From assembly GCA_039545335.1 (NCBI GenBank), contig BCIN01000005.1:1144641-1208640 (forward strand): a stretch of DNA of 64,000 nt. The letters are read 5' to 3'. The DNA is from Kondoa subrosea (taxonomy: Eukaryota). A program made the position numbers and the translations under genes. Positions 51,457-64,000 of this stretch are shown here, piece after piece. The notes beneath the pieces are model-generated. The model saw nothing but the letters and a program-made list of their open reading frames with translations. It did no database searches and was not told the DNA's origin. Numbering within the stretch: the first letter of the stretch is position 1; every line of letters starts with the position of its first letter.

Positions 51457-51635
51457 GGACATATAGCTATCGTGACCCCTTTGCGGTGATAGAAGCATAG
51501 CTCGAACCAATTGCAGCTGCAGTATCAACTAGACATCCGTCAAAGCTTCACTTTCAGGTATACTGAGCTCGGGGTATCGACGCTTCAGGTTAAGAATGGT
51601 TTTGGTTTTTCTGCAGCAGCCAAAGCCAGCCACAG

Positions 51636-54226
51636 ATGGCTCTGTATTCGTCGCATGCCTGTGAGCTCTCTGTACAAGCTTCATCTGCACAGCTAATGTG
51701 ACATTCTCTCAGCCTTTGGAAGTGAGAAACTACGCATTCTAGATTTTGGTTTCATCAGCTAATTAAAGCTACACAGCGAGTCCTGCTTCCTATGACAGAG
51801 ATAATGCTCTTCTTCACTTCAATGCCCAACGAGCACAAGAGCATGCAATCCGCAAAGGGGATACCTCGGACGGAAAGCGCAGAAGACTAAGTTGTAAGGT
51901 TTCAAGTCGGCCTTCCGCTATTCGCATAAGCTCAACGATAGCTGCAATAGTTCTCTCGGACGATAGTAGGCTCACAACGCCAGTAGAGGAAGAAGAGGAA
52001 GACGAGGCAGCCAATGCAGAACAGAATCAATCTGACTACTTCAATACTTCAACAGCTCAGTCTATACCTGGCGCATCAAGTCCGTCTACGTCCAGTAGTA
52101 CACTTCATGCCGAATCTAGCGTACTCAGGCCGGCTATGCCTAGTGTATTGCCAAATGAACAAACTCCTTTGATCGGTAAAACGACAAATCATGATCCAGA
52201 ACTCGATCTCCCTCCTGTGAGCCAACAAGACCTATCACAAAAATCAAGTCTAGTCACAGAAGAATTCGGTATTCTTATTCGTTATACTCTACCTATATTT
52301 GCAACACATGCGCTCGAATCAACCCTAGTCATCGCGACTGTCATATCAACAGGTCACCTAGGTACGGAAGAACTAGCGGCAGCCTCTCTTGGATCAATGA
52401 CAAGCAATGTGCTTGGTCTTTCAATTATACAAGGATTCGTAACAGCTCTCGATACACTCGTTCCACAAGCCTACACAAGCGCAAATCCAAAAGCCATGTC
52501 TTTACATTGTTTGCGCACGACTCTCATCATCGGTCTCATTCTCATACCTCAATTCATTATCCTTTGGAACGCGGAATCGCTCCTTCTTTTGCTCAGACAA
52601 GATCCAGAAGTGGCTGCTTTGGCTGGCCAGTATCTGAAAATCATATCCTTTGGGTTACCGGGTTATGCGATATTCGAAATCAGTCGAAGATGGTTACAAG
52701 CTCAGAGTGGGTTGATAACGATATTTCTGCTTTCACTTGAGATAAATCATTGTGTGCAGATCTCATGCTTGCTCCTACATATGCTGTACTTCTAGTAGCA
52801 GTAAGCTTACCGTTGTGAATCGTCGACCATGGCTCATACGGGGTATAGCCGATAAATATTCTGCTCAACTGGACTCTCGTTTGGTCGAAATTCGCTGGCA
52901 TAGGCTTTCGAGGTATATTCTAGTCTCCACTCTAATTGGTACGATGCTAACAAATTCAATCATAGGAGCCCCGATGTCGACGGCAATAAGCATGAATCTC
53001 ATGGGAGCATTTCTGGTCGGTTATTGCTGGCTTATGGCACCTCGAACAGGCTGGGGCGGGTTCTCGAAACAGATGCTCACTGGTTGGGGAGATAATTGGA
53101 AGCTAGGCATAGCAGGAACAGCTATGGTTGCTAGCGAATGGTGGAGTTGTCAGTTGCTTCTTCTTCTTTATCAGTATCCAAATTGATTACTTGATCAGGG
53201 GAACTTATGGGATTGGCGTCTTCCTTACTTGGACCGACAAAACTCGCTGCTCAAAGTGTTTTGCTCACGACTTGCAGTTTCACATATCAACTCAGTTTCG
53301 CAATGTCTGCTGCGGCAAGTGTGAGAGTTGGTAATCTACTTGGAGCAGGTCGTGCGTTATCTTTTCACCTTCCAATATTGCCATAAAGTCTGAAGACAAT
53401 TTTACAGGACCTGATCTAGCTCGAGTCTTCTCTCGAGTTGCCCTGTTTGCTGGTATAGGTGTTGGGCTGATGAACTCTTTCTTGCTTCTTTGCAATCGGT
53501 ATCATTTCGCCGAACTCTTCACCCAATCTCAAGATGTAATTGATGTAGTATCTTCAGTGGTGAGTTGCTCTGGAATACATCCGCGATCCGTCTGAATCTG
53601 ACATATTATCTAGTTACCTTTGGTATGATATACTTATCGCGATGAGGTCGGAACTGACCTCATATCTTCTAGCTCGCTCTCTTTCAAGTATTCGATTCCT
53701 CGACAGGGGTCGCGGGTGGTCTGCTCAGGGTGAGCGTGTTCTGCCTTCTCTGTTAGTTCCTTTCTCATGCTAAGGACAGGGAGCTGGAAGATCGCAAATG
53801 GGAGCATGGATCAACCTCATAGCGTACTATGGATTAGGTCTACCTTTCGGTCTGCTGTTTGCGTTCTGGCATAAGCTAAATTATGGTCTACTTGGTCTGT
53901 GGATGTGAGATAAGTCATTGGCTATCTTGAACCTTTGGCTAATTTGGACATAGGGGTCTCACTCTCGCTCTCGGCGTGACTGGCATAGTGACCTTCATCT
54001 AGTGAGTTCTGCTGTTTCTTTGCCTCACTTGATCTGATCATTTTTGCAGTGTTTGGTTCATCAAGTACGTGCAAATTAGAGAAGTCTTACACAATTACTG
54101 ATGTTCTCTCTTAGTTTCGAATTGGAAGCTCTGAATGCATCAGATCGAGCTGCGCGGACAGTCGTCAGAGAAGCAGCAGAACAAGCAAGACAGGACATTC
54201 GAGTTAAAGCGAGGGAAGGTAGGTAG
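51636..54226 (+). CDS. MATE efflux transporter (Erc1-like)
   Basis: GHLGTEELAAASLGSMT, GFVTALDTLVPQAYTS, RRWLQAQ, MVASEWWSWE, AASVRVGNLLG, LFQVFD and AWINLIAYYGLGLPFG. Confidence 0.92.
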
Positions 54227-54438
54227 ATTTTCTTGTACTTACATATCATGTAGCTGTGCAGCATAGCATTTCAGTACATTATTACGCGATGCAGACCTCG
54301 TGTCAACCCTATCTTGGTCCGAAAGAAGCATTGCTCGCGAGTGTGTCCATCACGTCCATCCGCTGTGTTTGCATTGCATTGGCCGGCCAACTTCTGAGAT
54401 TTCCGTCTTCCTCTCTCCTGAGGCTCCTCTTCAAAGAG

Positions 54439-56444
54439 ATGTCGACGCTCTTTCTGAATGCCAAAATCGTTGGCAGCTCATCAAATGCCTTGCATTCGGT
54501 TCTTGTCGAGGATGGTCATATCAAGACTATTCGAGTCTCCAGCGAGAAAATAGCAGCCTCAGACTGCGAGCAGATTGATCTTAATGGACTTTGGCTGTCT
54601 CCTTCCTTCGTTGATCATCAGTGAGCTATTCTATGCATTTTGTACATCATGTTGATTTCGGGGAATAGCGTGCATTTCACTCAGTGGGCTCGTAAGAGGT
54701 CCTCGCGTACTACGAGAATAATCGCTGACCCATGGCAAGCAGAAACGCTTCAGCGATTGGATCTCACTACTGCTTCGAGCGCCAGAGAAGTATGCAAGCT
54801 TGTCTCTGAAAGGCTGAAGAAGGCGAACGATCTAGTAGGACATGACGAACCAGGTTTGTCTTTCTTTTGCGTTGATTGTCTCATACATCCTGAAGCAGCT
54901 CTCAAGTGATCGGTTTTGGTTGGATGGTTGGATCTTGGCCCGATATCGAGCTCATGACTAAAGATACTTTGGATGAGTTGGTCAGTCGTATCACTATGTC
55001 CTGTCAGAAAGGATCTGAGCCAAAATAGTCTTCAGACCGAATCATAGTCTTGCTAGCTAGAGGTTAGCTAGCATGACCAATTACTCACACTAGAATACTG
55101 AGCTACTACTACTGCCAGATATACATTCTATGTGGTGCAACTCTGCTGCTCTTACATTCTTTGGATACGATGCATCGAAAGAGTCTGGCATTTTGAGGGA
55201 AAAGCCATGCTTTGACGCGATCGGAAAACTTCCATCAGTTGCTGATGATGTCAGTGTATATACTTTCTACGATTTCACTTGCTTACGATGGCTGCAGATC
55301 CTCGACGAGTGGGTTGAATTAGCAGCAAAAGAAGCAGCGTGAGTCACCTGGTCCCATCAGCTGACAAAGTTTCTCACTTTGGGTATAGACGAAAAGGCGT
55401 AACAGAGATCATCGATCTTGAAATGAGTCATAATCTGCAAATCTGGAAGAGAAGAATGCAAGAAAAGCATTTCGATATTCTTCGTGTCACTTTCGGAATG
55501 TATAGAGAACATATCGACGATGCGATTTCGGTTGGTCTCAAGTCTGGAGATGTGATAGAAGGCTGCCCGTTACTCAAAGTCGGACCTTTCAAGATCATTG
55601 TAAGCCTTTCATTATGCAGTCAAGCTCGATTCTGAATTATACTAGACGGACGGATCATTAGGCACAAGGACAGCGTACTGTCACGAACCATATCCTGGGA
55701 CTCAAGACTACGGCTTGTTCACCTACCCTGAAGAAACTTTGCAGTCCATGATGAAGCACGGTGCTCAGAACGGCTTGAACTTAGCTGTACATGCCATCGG
55801 AGATAAAGCAAACGGTTTGACATTGCAAGCGTTTGCTTCACTGGACAAAGTACCTCAAGGCAGCTCAATAGAACACGCGCAGGTGAGTTGTCTGTCTATC
55901 GCTGACGCTGCCCTAATCGCAAAATATCAGCTTTTGTCTTGGGAAGACATTCCGCTGTTTGCCTCTCTGGGATTGATTGGCTCTGTACAACCTGAACATG
56001 CAAACGGGGATCGAGCTTTATGCGAAAGGTTCTGGCCAGGAAGAGAAGACCGAGCATATCCTTTTAGAACTATGATCGATAAAGGTGTTCCACTGAAATT
56101 GGGCAGTGATGCTCCTGTGAGCAGACTAGATCCTGGGCTGCAGATGTGAGTGTATCTTCATACGTAAATCGACGCAGCTGATGAAAAAGAACAGGGCTGC
56201 TGCTGTTTCGAGGCAATGGAATGAACCTCCAGCAGAAGTGTGGCACCCAGAGCAAGTGATCACCAATCTAGAAGCGTTCATAGGCTCTACAAGCGGCGGA
56301 AGAAGCACGCTCGCAGAAGGAGAAGTAGCAGATCTGATTGTGCTGCATTCAAATCCTTTGAAATGTACTGGTCAGCAATTGAGAGATCTGAAGGCAGCTG
56401 CAACTATGCTGCAAGGCAGATTTACGCATAGAGATCTTCAATGA
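54439..56444 (+). CDS. Amidohydrolase family 3 (YtcJ-like)
   Basis: PSFVDHHVHFTQWA, DIHSMWCNSAAL, TDGSLGTRTAYC, AVHAIGDKAN, IEHAQ, SVQPEH, GSDAPV and ADLIVL. Confidence 0.9.
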
Positions 56445-56488
56445 ATTCATGCAAATCGAAATGCTTGTCTGTCAACAAGCAGTCGTGA

Positions 56489-59400
56489 ATGACCAGTCTC
56501 TTCAGTCATGCCAGCAAGAGACTCTGCGTAGCTGCTAATCGTTCTCTACATTCGACTGCTTTGTTGTCTGAAGGTGGTCCTTCTTCGTCAAGCAAATTTA
56601 ACTTGGGGTTGGATTTGGCTGGCCTGAACCTTCCACTTCGTGCAGATACGCCTATTCCAAGAAGAAAGAGACCAAGTAGCTTCAAGGACGGGAGATCTGG
56701 TCCTCCGCCAAGCAAAGACCGAGAAAACAGAGAATATCGAGATACTAGACCTTCAACTGGGAACAGCAACAGCAAGCGATCGGATTTTGCTGTCTCAGCT
56801 AGACCACCTAGACAGAGGGACGATCAATCTTCTGGACCTAGACGGTACGATTCACCTCGAACAGAAGGCAGCAATGCGTTTCGCCAAAAGGACAATTATC
56901 GAGAAGGAGGTCAATTTAGGGATAACAGGGATAGAGGAGAGTCATCGAGGTTTTCGGGCGATCGTAATACTAGAAATCAACCCAGCAAGTTCTCGAATAC
57001 AAGTAGATTGTCCAATACCAGCAGGTCACCGAAAATCACTCGATCTGCCGAGCAATCTACACCTATAGCTGCTAACAATCGCTCGAAATCTCTCAATGAT
57101 GACGCTACGGAACCTTCGCCTCTTGATTCAATACTGGATTCAGCTACAGATTATGATCTGGATGCAGATACAAAGCAACATCGAGGCGGCTTTCGTCGAG
57201 GGAAACCTCTTCCTGCTAAAGACGGTTACGCCGAACGAAATAGACGCTTGGAACAGGCTAGAGATATCAATGCCAAACCTGCTCCTCCTCGACCGAGGAA
57301 AGCGAAATTGCAGAGGATAGAGCGCAAGATTGCTATTCCTACAATCATATCTGTCTCAAATCTTGCTACTCTTTTGGGGACAAAGCAACGTTAGTGACCT
57401 ATTTACACTTGACATCAGCAACTTCAAATGTTGTTCTTCAGGGAGATTACAGTTTCTCATGGACAAGGTTGGAATGACCGATAATCGACCTGATAGAGTT
57501 ATCACTTCCGAAGATGCGTCTCTGATAGCACTGGAAATGGGCTACGATCCAGTAGTGGACAATGAAAAGGCCTTTGATATATATCCTGAGTAGGCAAGAT
57601 GTAGCTCCAGCTTGATCCCAAGCTGAAGCCTCATCATCACCCTACAGTCCTCCAGCTGAAGATCATTCGAAGCTACCTCTTAGACCGCCAATAGTAGCAG
57701 TAATGGGTCATGTGGATCATGGCAAAACAACTCTTCTCGATACGCTTCGATCAACAGCTGTAGCAGCGGGCGAAGCGGGCGGTATAACGCAACATATTGG
57801 AGCTTTCGAAGTTCCTCTTAAAGTCCTGCTCAAAGATTCTTCCTCTTCTTCTTCAAGCGCAGAAGATTCAGCTTCAGCTAAAACAATTACCTTCCTTGAT
57901 ACTCCCGGACATGCTGCTTTCAGTGCAATGAGAAGTAGAGGACGAGGTGTGACGGATATAGTGATCATCGTCGTTGCGGCAGATGATGGAGTCATGTCCC
58001 AAACAAGAGAAGTGATAGATCTAGTCAAAGATGGAGAAGGTGGTGTTGATCCTTCCGTCGGGGTTGTCATCGCAATCACAAAGTGCGACAAACCAGGAGC
58101 AGATATAGTGAGTTCGAAACTGAGCTCACGCACGTAAGCTGAAAGTAGTGGCAGGTCAAAGCGAAAGAAAGTATAATGGCTGCTGGACTCACAATCGAGG
58201 AATTTGGAGGCGAGGTACCTTGTATCGAAGTATCGGCTGTGTCCAAACAAGGTTTACCTGAATTGGTTGAGATGATCAATGTTCTGGCCGAAGTTCGAGA
58301 TCTGCGAGCTGAGCGTGAAGGTGTTAAGATGGAAGGTCGCGTCGTCGAAAGCAGAGTAGAGAAGGGCAGAGGGTATGTAGTTCCTGGAATGGAAACAGAG
58401 ATAGACTGATTGATCGTTCTAAGAAATGTTGCAACTGTTCTGGTCTTGCGAGGCAATCTCACTCCGTCTCTAACAATCGTCGCAGGCACTTCATGGTGCA
58501 AAGTTCGACAACTGATGCCATCATCTGGTAAGTCTTTGAAACAAGCTTATCCTGGTCAGCCAGTCGAAATCACAGGCTGGAAAATGTTACCTGCGGCCGG
58601 CGATGATGTTCTACAGACTGAGAATGAGGATGAAGCGAAGAAAGTCGTCGCTGCTCGAACAGAACGCCAAGAACAGCTGACCTTGATGGAAGATGTCGAA
58701 GTCATTAACGAAAAGCGCAGAATTGAAGCCGAACAAGAAAGCGCTCGAAAAGCCGAAGAAGAAGCTCAAAAAGGCAAAAAGGCTCTCGTACCTGAAGAAG
58801 AAGTAGCGAAAGAACCGACTGTGAGGGAACTTCGATTGATCATCAAAGCGGATGTTAGTGGCTCCGTCGAAGCAGTTGTTGGATGCTTGGAAGGCATAGG
58901 AAATAAGGAAGCAAAGGTGAAGATTACAGCTGCCTCGGTAGGCGACGTGTCGGAAGCAGATCTGAACAGCGCAAAAGCATCTGAAGGTGAGTTTGCCCAA
59001 CAGTCGACCGAAAGTATCAATTTATACCATTGATGAATAGCTATCATCGTCGCATTCAATGTCAATGCTCCTCGCTCAATACAGACGCAAGCAAATGGTC
59101 TTGGTATTCAGATAATGAACAGCGGCATTATCTACCGCTTGATCGAGGAAGTAACAGCCAAAGTTGTGGAACTCTTGCCTCCAATTATTGATTCGAAAGT
59201 CACTGGCGAGGGTACCATCCTTCAAATCTTCAATATTACTATCAAAGGAAGATTAACGAAAGCTATTGCTGGTTGCCGTGTCACGAATGGTACTTTCACT
59301 CGCTCAAAGGTTCGTATACTTCGTGAAAAGACCGTCGTCTATACTGGTAAGCAATGGACTAAAGACAAGACGATCTACTCGAGCTGACGATTTGTGCAGG

Positions 59401-59598
59401 TACGCTTGACACTTTTAAGCAAGGCAAGAACGATGCGACTACCATCGCGAAAGGAGCAGAATGCGGTCTTTCATTTGAGAACTTTGAAGATGTATGTCAA
59501 GCTCTTTTATTGTTGCCTGAGTTAACATTTTCTGGTAGTTCCGTGTTGGTGATGCTATCCAGATGTTCGAAGAGTTTGAGGTCAAGCGGTCACTCTGA
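56489..59598 (+). CDS. IFM1: Mitochondrial translation initiation factor IF-2
   Basis: A presequence-like N-terminus, then [46 protein letters not shown] and [12 protein letters not shown]. Confidence 0.94.
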
Positions 59599-59949
59599 TA
59601 ATGTAATTACGATCGCTTGTGCAGATATTGGGCTATACGCACAACTCACGATGGAAAGATGAAAGCGATGCCTTGCCTCGCGCTGGACTCCCTTTCTTTG
59701 AGTCAAACCAAGTACATTCGGTAATCACTCGCTGCCCGTGCCCACTGCAACAGCATCTCAGCTGTGGTACACCAGCTTATTGCCAGCGCTGGCTCACTTG
59801 ATCCCATCCGTCCATCGAGTCTGCGCATCAATCTCTTGACTCCCTCTTGGCTATCTGAGCAATTTACTACTCCCTTTGGTCATCGATAAGCTATACGCAA
59901 TTATCTGCAGGCCGTCTTGCTCCGATCCTGGCCTGCTCTTTGCTGGACA

Positions 59950-62422
59950 ATGGAATCCCCGCCAATGCCAAATCTTCAATTCTCGTATGAACAGGACGCA
60001 GAATCGGTCTATGGCACAAATGAAGACAGCTCTTCTCTAAGGTATAAGCGAAGACGAGATTCTGAGTTGGACTTTGGAGAGCGCGAACCCGCTTCGCGGT
60101 CAAGATCCCCTTTAGGAGATATGGCAGAAGGGAGGATTCAAGACTTAGCCGGACGTGCATCTCCTTCTTCAGATGATAGTAGTCAAGGGCTGTTCGCTAC
60201 TTCTACATTCCGACCTGCTCTGTCGCGAAATGCTACAACACCTCTTGCTCCAGAATACTCTCCAGCTTTGATCGGCAACTCATTGGAAGCTGATGACTAC
60301 TTCCGCAGCCACAGATCGTCGACGCCGACAGATGAGTCAAGGCATTCCGATACATCAAGTTTACGAAGCTTCAGTGATTCTTTAGATCGCCAAAGAGCTC
60401 TTATCGCAGAGCTGGAATCCATAAGGGCGGCTCGACGAAGACCTGTTGATCAAGACTATATCGACAGATGGTTTCCTAGAAGTCGCATGGCTCGACCGGA
60501 ACATAATAGTACAAATGCAACTCTCCCGCAAAGATCTCCTGGATCATTCGTCAGCGAGCTTTGGGGAGAATTCCAACATGTTGATGCTACTTCAAGAAAC
60601 CGCATCTCCTCTTTGTCCGATCCGTATATGCCTTTTCCCACAAGACCTGGATCCCTGAGTAATCGGATGCGAGGTCCTACTTACAGACGGAATCAAGAGT
60701 GGCTGTTTGGTCGTCCACTATCGAGTAGCGATGGTCATGCTCAACCGCAACTGCCGAGATTTAGCAGAGCTACATCTGTCGAATCTCAGTCAAGAGCAGC
60801 TGAGGAGAACATAGAGGAGTCTCGAAGATCTATCTCATCTTACATGCTTCAACATCGTCCTCCTCAACCATCGAGAAGCGCTTCTACAACAAGCTCAACA
60901 CTCAGACACAATACTCCTCGGACTCTTTATCGCCCTTCTCCGTCTACTTCTACGTCCGATGATCAGGCAGGCTCGCTTCATGTTCCTCTACCTCGTCTAT
61001 CATATCAATCTTCTCCACCATTGCGCAACGTGTTAAATGACCCTCCTCGAACAGAGTCCTTCTTTCCTGATCCAATACAACTTCGACCTACTCTGGACGG
61101 AAGCGATGTTGGTTGGTCAGATCGACAAAGCCGACCTAGTCGACCTACATCTACTGTGGGTGTTGCTTTTCTCTTGATTTTGTCATCGCAATCACTAACG
61201 ACTACTCTAGCTCTTTTCTCGACCGAGCCTACTTCGACGCAATCGTTCTTCTTCCACTTCAATCCCATCTATTCCAGTCGCAAGTTCACCAACATCACCA
61301 CCTCGATCAGCATCCCAATGGTTTACTCGAGCTCGATTCGGTTCACCTCATTCTTCAAGAGGAAGAAGTAACTCCACCACTTCAGCTTTACCAGCTAGAA
61401 GTGAAAGAGATGATGATTTCTTTTCTTTTGATCAACATTATACTTCAACTCAAGCAATAACAGCTACTCCACCTCCGATGACTACTAGTGCAAGAGAAAG
61501 GATTAGAGCTGATTTAAGAGATTACGAAGATGCAGAAGAAGCAGAAGAGGAAGATGTTGATTGGGCGAATGCAACAGAAGAGGTCCCATCACCACCATCG
61601 CCTGATTTGATGCATAGAAGACCTACGTCAGAGAGAAGAATCAGCGATGGAATACTAAGGAGGTTAGGCTTGAATAGAAGGAACAGGGCGAATAGAAGAG
61701 AAAGTTTCGGTTCCTCAGGAGGAAGAGCTTTGGATCTCTTGGGTTACTTCCTAACTCAAGAGTATGGGAGTTTCGAATCCGTTCTCAATTCCGGTAACTA
61801 CATGGTCAGTTTCATCTCCCTATATTTCCGATTTGTGGAATTAAACGAGGGTTCTTCTTGACAGACGGACGAACAATTGAATGCTTTGGATTATCAAGAT
61901 CTCCTTTCTTTGGCAGATTCTGTTGGACCAGCAGCTGAAGCTATTAAACTAGCAACTCAAGATGATCTAGAACGATCGGATCTAATTTGCTGCGAAGCGA
62001 GAACGCTCAAGGGATTGTCTACTGTTCCAAGTAGTGATACTGCAGTAAAATGTTTTGGTGCGTTTTATGTTGGCGATATTTTTGTCAGTTCGCAATGACT
62101 TACTTTGTCTTCACTTGAGCACAGTGTGTTTGGAAGACTATGAAGATCAAGATAGTTGTCGGATCCTCAAATGCAATCACTCCTTCCACAAGACATGTCT
62201 AGAGTGCGTTCATCGTATCGATCAAGTGATCTCAATTCACTGAGATGATAATGCGATTCGTACAGTCAATGGCTTACAACAGGTCAAAATTCATGTCCGA
62301 TGTGTCGACAAATAGGCTGCCAACGGGTCTCACCTCAACCTCTTTCCGCTAGTGCTGATGAAGATTTCTTGGGTGTTGAAGTACAAGAAGGAGATTTCTT
62401 GACTGCGTTTGATAATATCTGA
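59950..62422 (+). CDS. RING-H2 E3 ubiquitin ligase with long disordered N-terminus
   Basis: DYQDLLSLADSVGP precedes CFVCLEDYEDQDSCRILKCNHSFHKTCLDQWLTTGQNSCPMCR (C3H2C3). The start is uncertain. Confidence 0.85.
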
Positions 62423-62588
62423 AGAAGTTGCGTAGGCCAATTTGTACGAATGTTTTTGTAAAAGGGCTTTCTGTTTGAAGTCGATGTAACAAGTACGTGG
62501 AATCATGATGCATTGTATTAGTCTACTTAAGATTACCCCTTGTCCATTACATTTACATACTATGAATTCTTCTCTCGTTGCCAAAATC

Positions 62589-63118
62589 TCATAAATCTAC
62601 TCTATCAAACACTTCATTCCCACCGTACAACCCACTTATACTGTCTTTTGATCCAAAGAGGTAGTACTGAGCTCGAGAAACGATAAAGCGAATATGACCC
62701 GGTAAGTACTGAGTGCAGGCGAAATAAAGTAAAGCGAGGAAAGCGATGAGGATTATATGAAGTAAGATAACTTCCCACTGCGCGTTCAAGCAAGCGAGCA
62801 TGATAAGAGACAAAAGGTTGTAAGATCAAAAGGTAAACGAACAGGTTCCAACATAGAGAAAGCGAATTCCCCTCTGGAACATTATGAGTTCTTCTGCTTC
62901 AACAATTACAGCAGACATTGAGAGACGCACGAGTACCAAGTCCAAAGGTCTTGTACTTTGAGCAAGACTAGCTTTAGATGACCTGCATGTTGTTTCCCCT
63001 TTTCATAATCGCTCGCTTGAGGTATCCCTCCTGCTCCTCTTTTATTCCTACTACTGCTACTAGAGATGGATGCCTGCCGTTGTTGAGCACTGCTATTGCT
63101 GGATTTCTTTTTCGCCAT
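62589..63118 (-). CDS. Small subunit of serine palmitoyltransferase-like protein (SPTssa/DUF3317)
   Basis: WYS-GEFAFSMLEP-WEVILLHIILIAFLALLYFACTQYLPGHIRFIVSRAQYYL is typical of this family. Confidence 0.8.
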
Positions 63119-63153
63119 TGGTTGACTTGTAACGAGCAATCAACAATATTGAA

Positions 63154-64000
63154 ATGTCGAGTGGAAGAAGACCTGCTAGTTATGCAGATATTGATCAAGA
63201 TGTGAAAGGTCCTTATAATGACCGATCAACCAGGGATAGGGACAGTCGACGAAGGAGTAGGAGTAGAAGTCCTGTTAGAAGGAATGACAGAGATTCAGGC
63301 AGGAGAAGGGAAAGATCAAGAGGTACTTTTCTAGCTCCCTTCTACTCTGCTCCGTGATCTCTCTATACTCTCTGCTTGTGGTGTTGTCTTACTGGCTATA
63401 TTGGCTCGACACCATTCTTCGCATATGCATTCTCAGCAGATACTGCCTTTCTAGTGTTCTTATTCTACTAATGCTGTCCTACCCCTCTCAGCCCTTTGTT
63501 TGAACAAGTTGAGTATTTCCATTAATCGAGCATTCCATACTGATTCTCCCTTTTTCTTATGACAGATCGTGATGGTCCTCGCGATATCCCTGCTCCTCGT
63601 CCTTCTTACGAAAGAGAACGTTCTCGCGATCGTGATCGTGATAGGGATAGAAGTAGTAGACGTCGTTCCCCTTCTGGGAGAGAAAGAAGAAGAGCTTCAC
63701 CTGATTATAACAACAATAACAATAACAATAACCTTTCATCTGCAAGGAGAGGAGGATCACCTGATTATTCTTCTTCTGCTGTTCCGAGGAGGGAAAGGGA
63801 TGATATAAGATCTTCTGGAAGAGGAGATGAGAGAATAAGAGGAAGAGGAGGGGATGAGAAAGAGATCCCTACTGGTCCATCGTCCTCTAAAGAAGGTCAT
63901 ACTGTTAAAGATGAAGAGCAGCAGGGAGGAGAAGAAGAGCAGGAGGAAGAGGATTCTGAAGCTTTAATGCGTCAAATGATGGGATTCAGTGGATTTGATA
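63154..64000 (+). CDS. SNRNP27: U4/U6.U5 tri-snRNP 27K protein (RS-rich), partial; runs off the window
   Basis: An RS/RD-rich N-terminus followed by EEDSEALMRQMMGFSGFD, the start of the conserved 27K C-terminal domain. Intron at 63323-63565. Confidence 0.85.

Noticed and set aside
1..64000. Prokaryotic-type systems (CRISPR, operons, IS elements), TPP riboswitch, snRNA/rRNA genes
   Set aside because: The sequence is spliceosomal-intron-rich fungal DNA. By eye I found no repeat-spacer array, transposase or diagnostic RNA motif. An Infernal/Rfam scan would be needed to exclude snoRNAs.

Overview
This is gene-dense, intron-rich eukaryotic DNA with short (~45-65 nt) GT-AG introns and CTRAY-type branch points. 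It is a fungal chromosome segment, most likely basidiomycete (Pucciniomycotina-like; inferred from gene content and intron style). I reconstructed about 27 spliced protein genes by eye, so boundaries are approximate. Recognisable genes are TRM2, SNU13, a Caprin/YAG7-like RGG protein, ALG8, SET9, GTPBP1/2, a Rab4-like GTPase, a PXB-PX-DUF3818 protein, a branched-chain aminotransferase, SCH9, IES6, an NAD kinase, a Sec7-PH ArfGEF, an Mso1-like protein, RRP45, DUG1, a SnoaL-like protein, a MATE transporter, a YtcJ-like amidohydrolase, mitochondrial IF2, a RING-H2 ligase, the small SPT subunit and SNRNP27 (truncated by the window end). I found no rRNA, tRNA, CRISPR array or intact transposon. The most notable observations are: (1) a candidate autoregulatory micro-exon with two competing donors in the unusually long SNRNP27 intron; (2) a PAXX-like NHEJ protein; (3) a ~3.3 kb island (6.5-9.8 kb) holding an orphan gene, a frameshifted intron-retaining kinesin fragment and a pseudokinase; (4) a long spliced, uORF-rich SCH9 leader; and (5) CpG-free patches inside exons.
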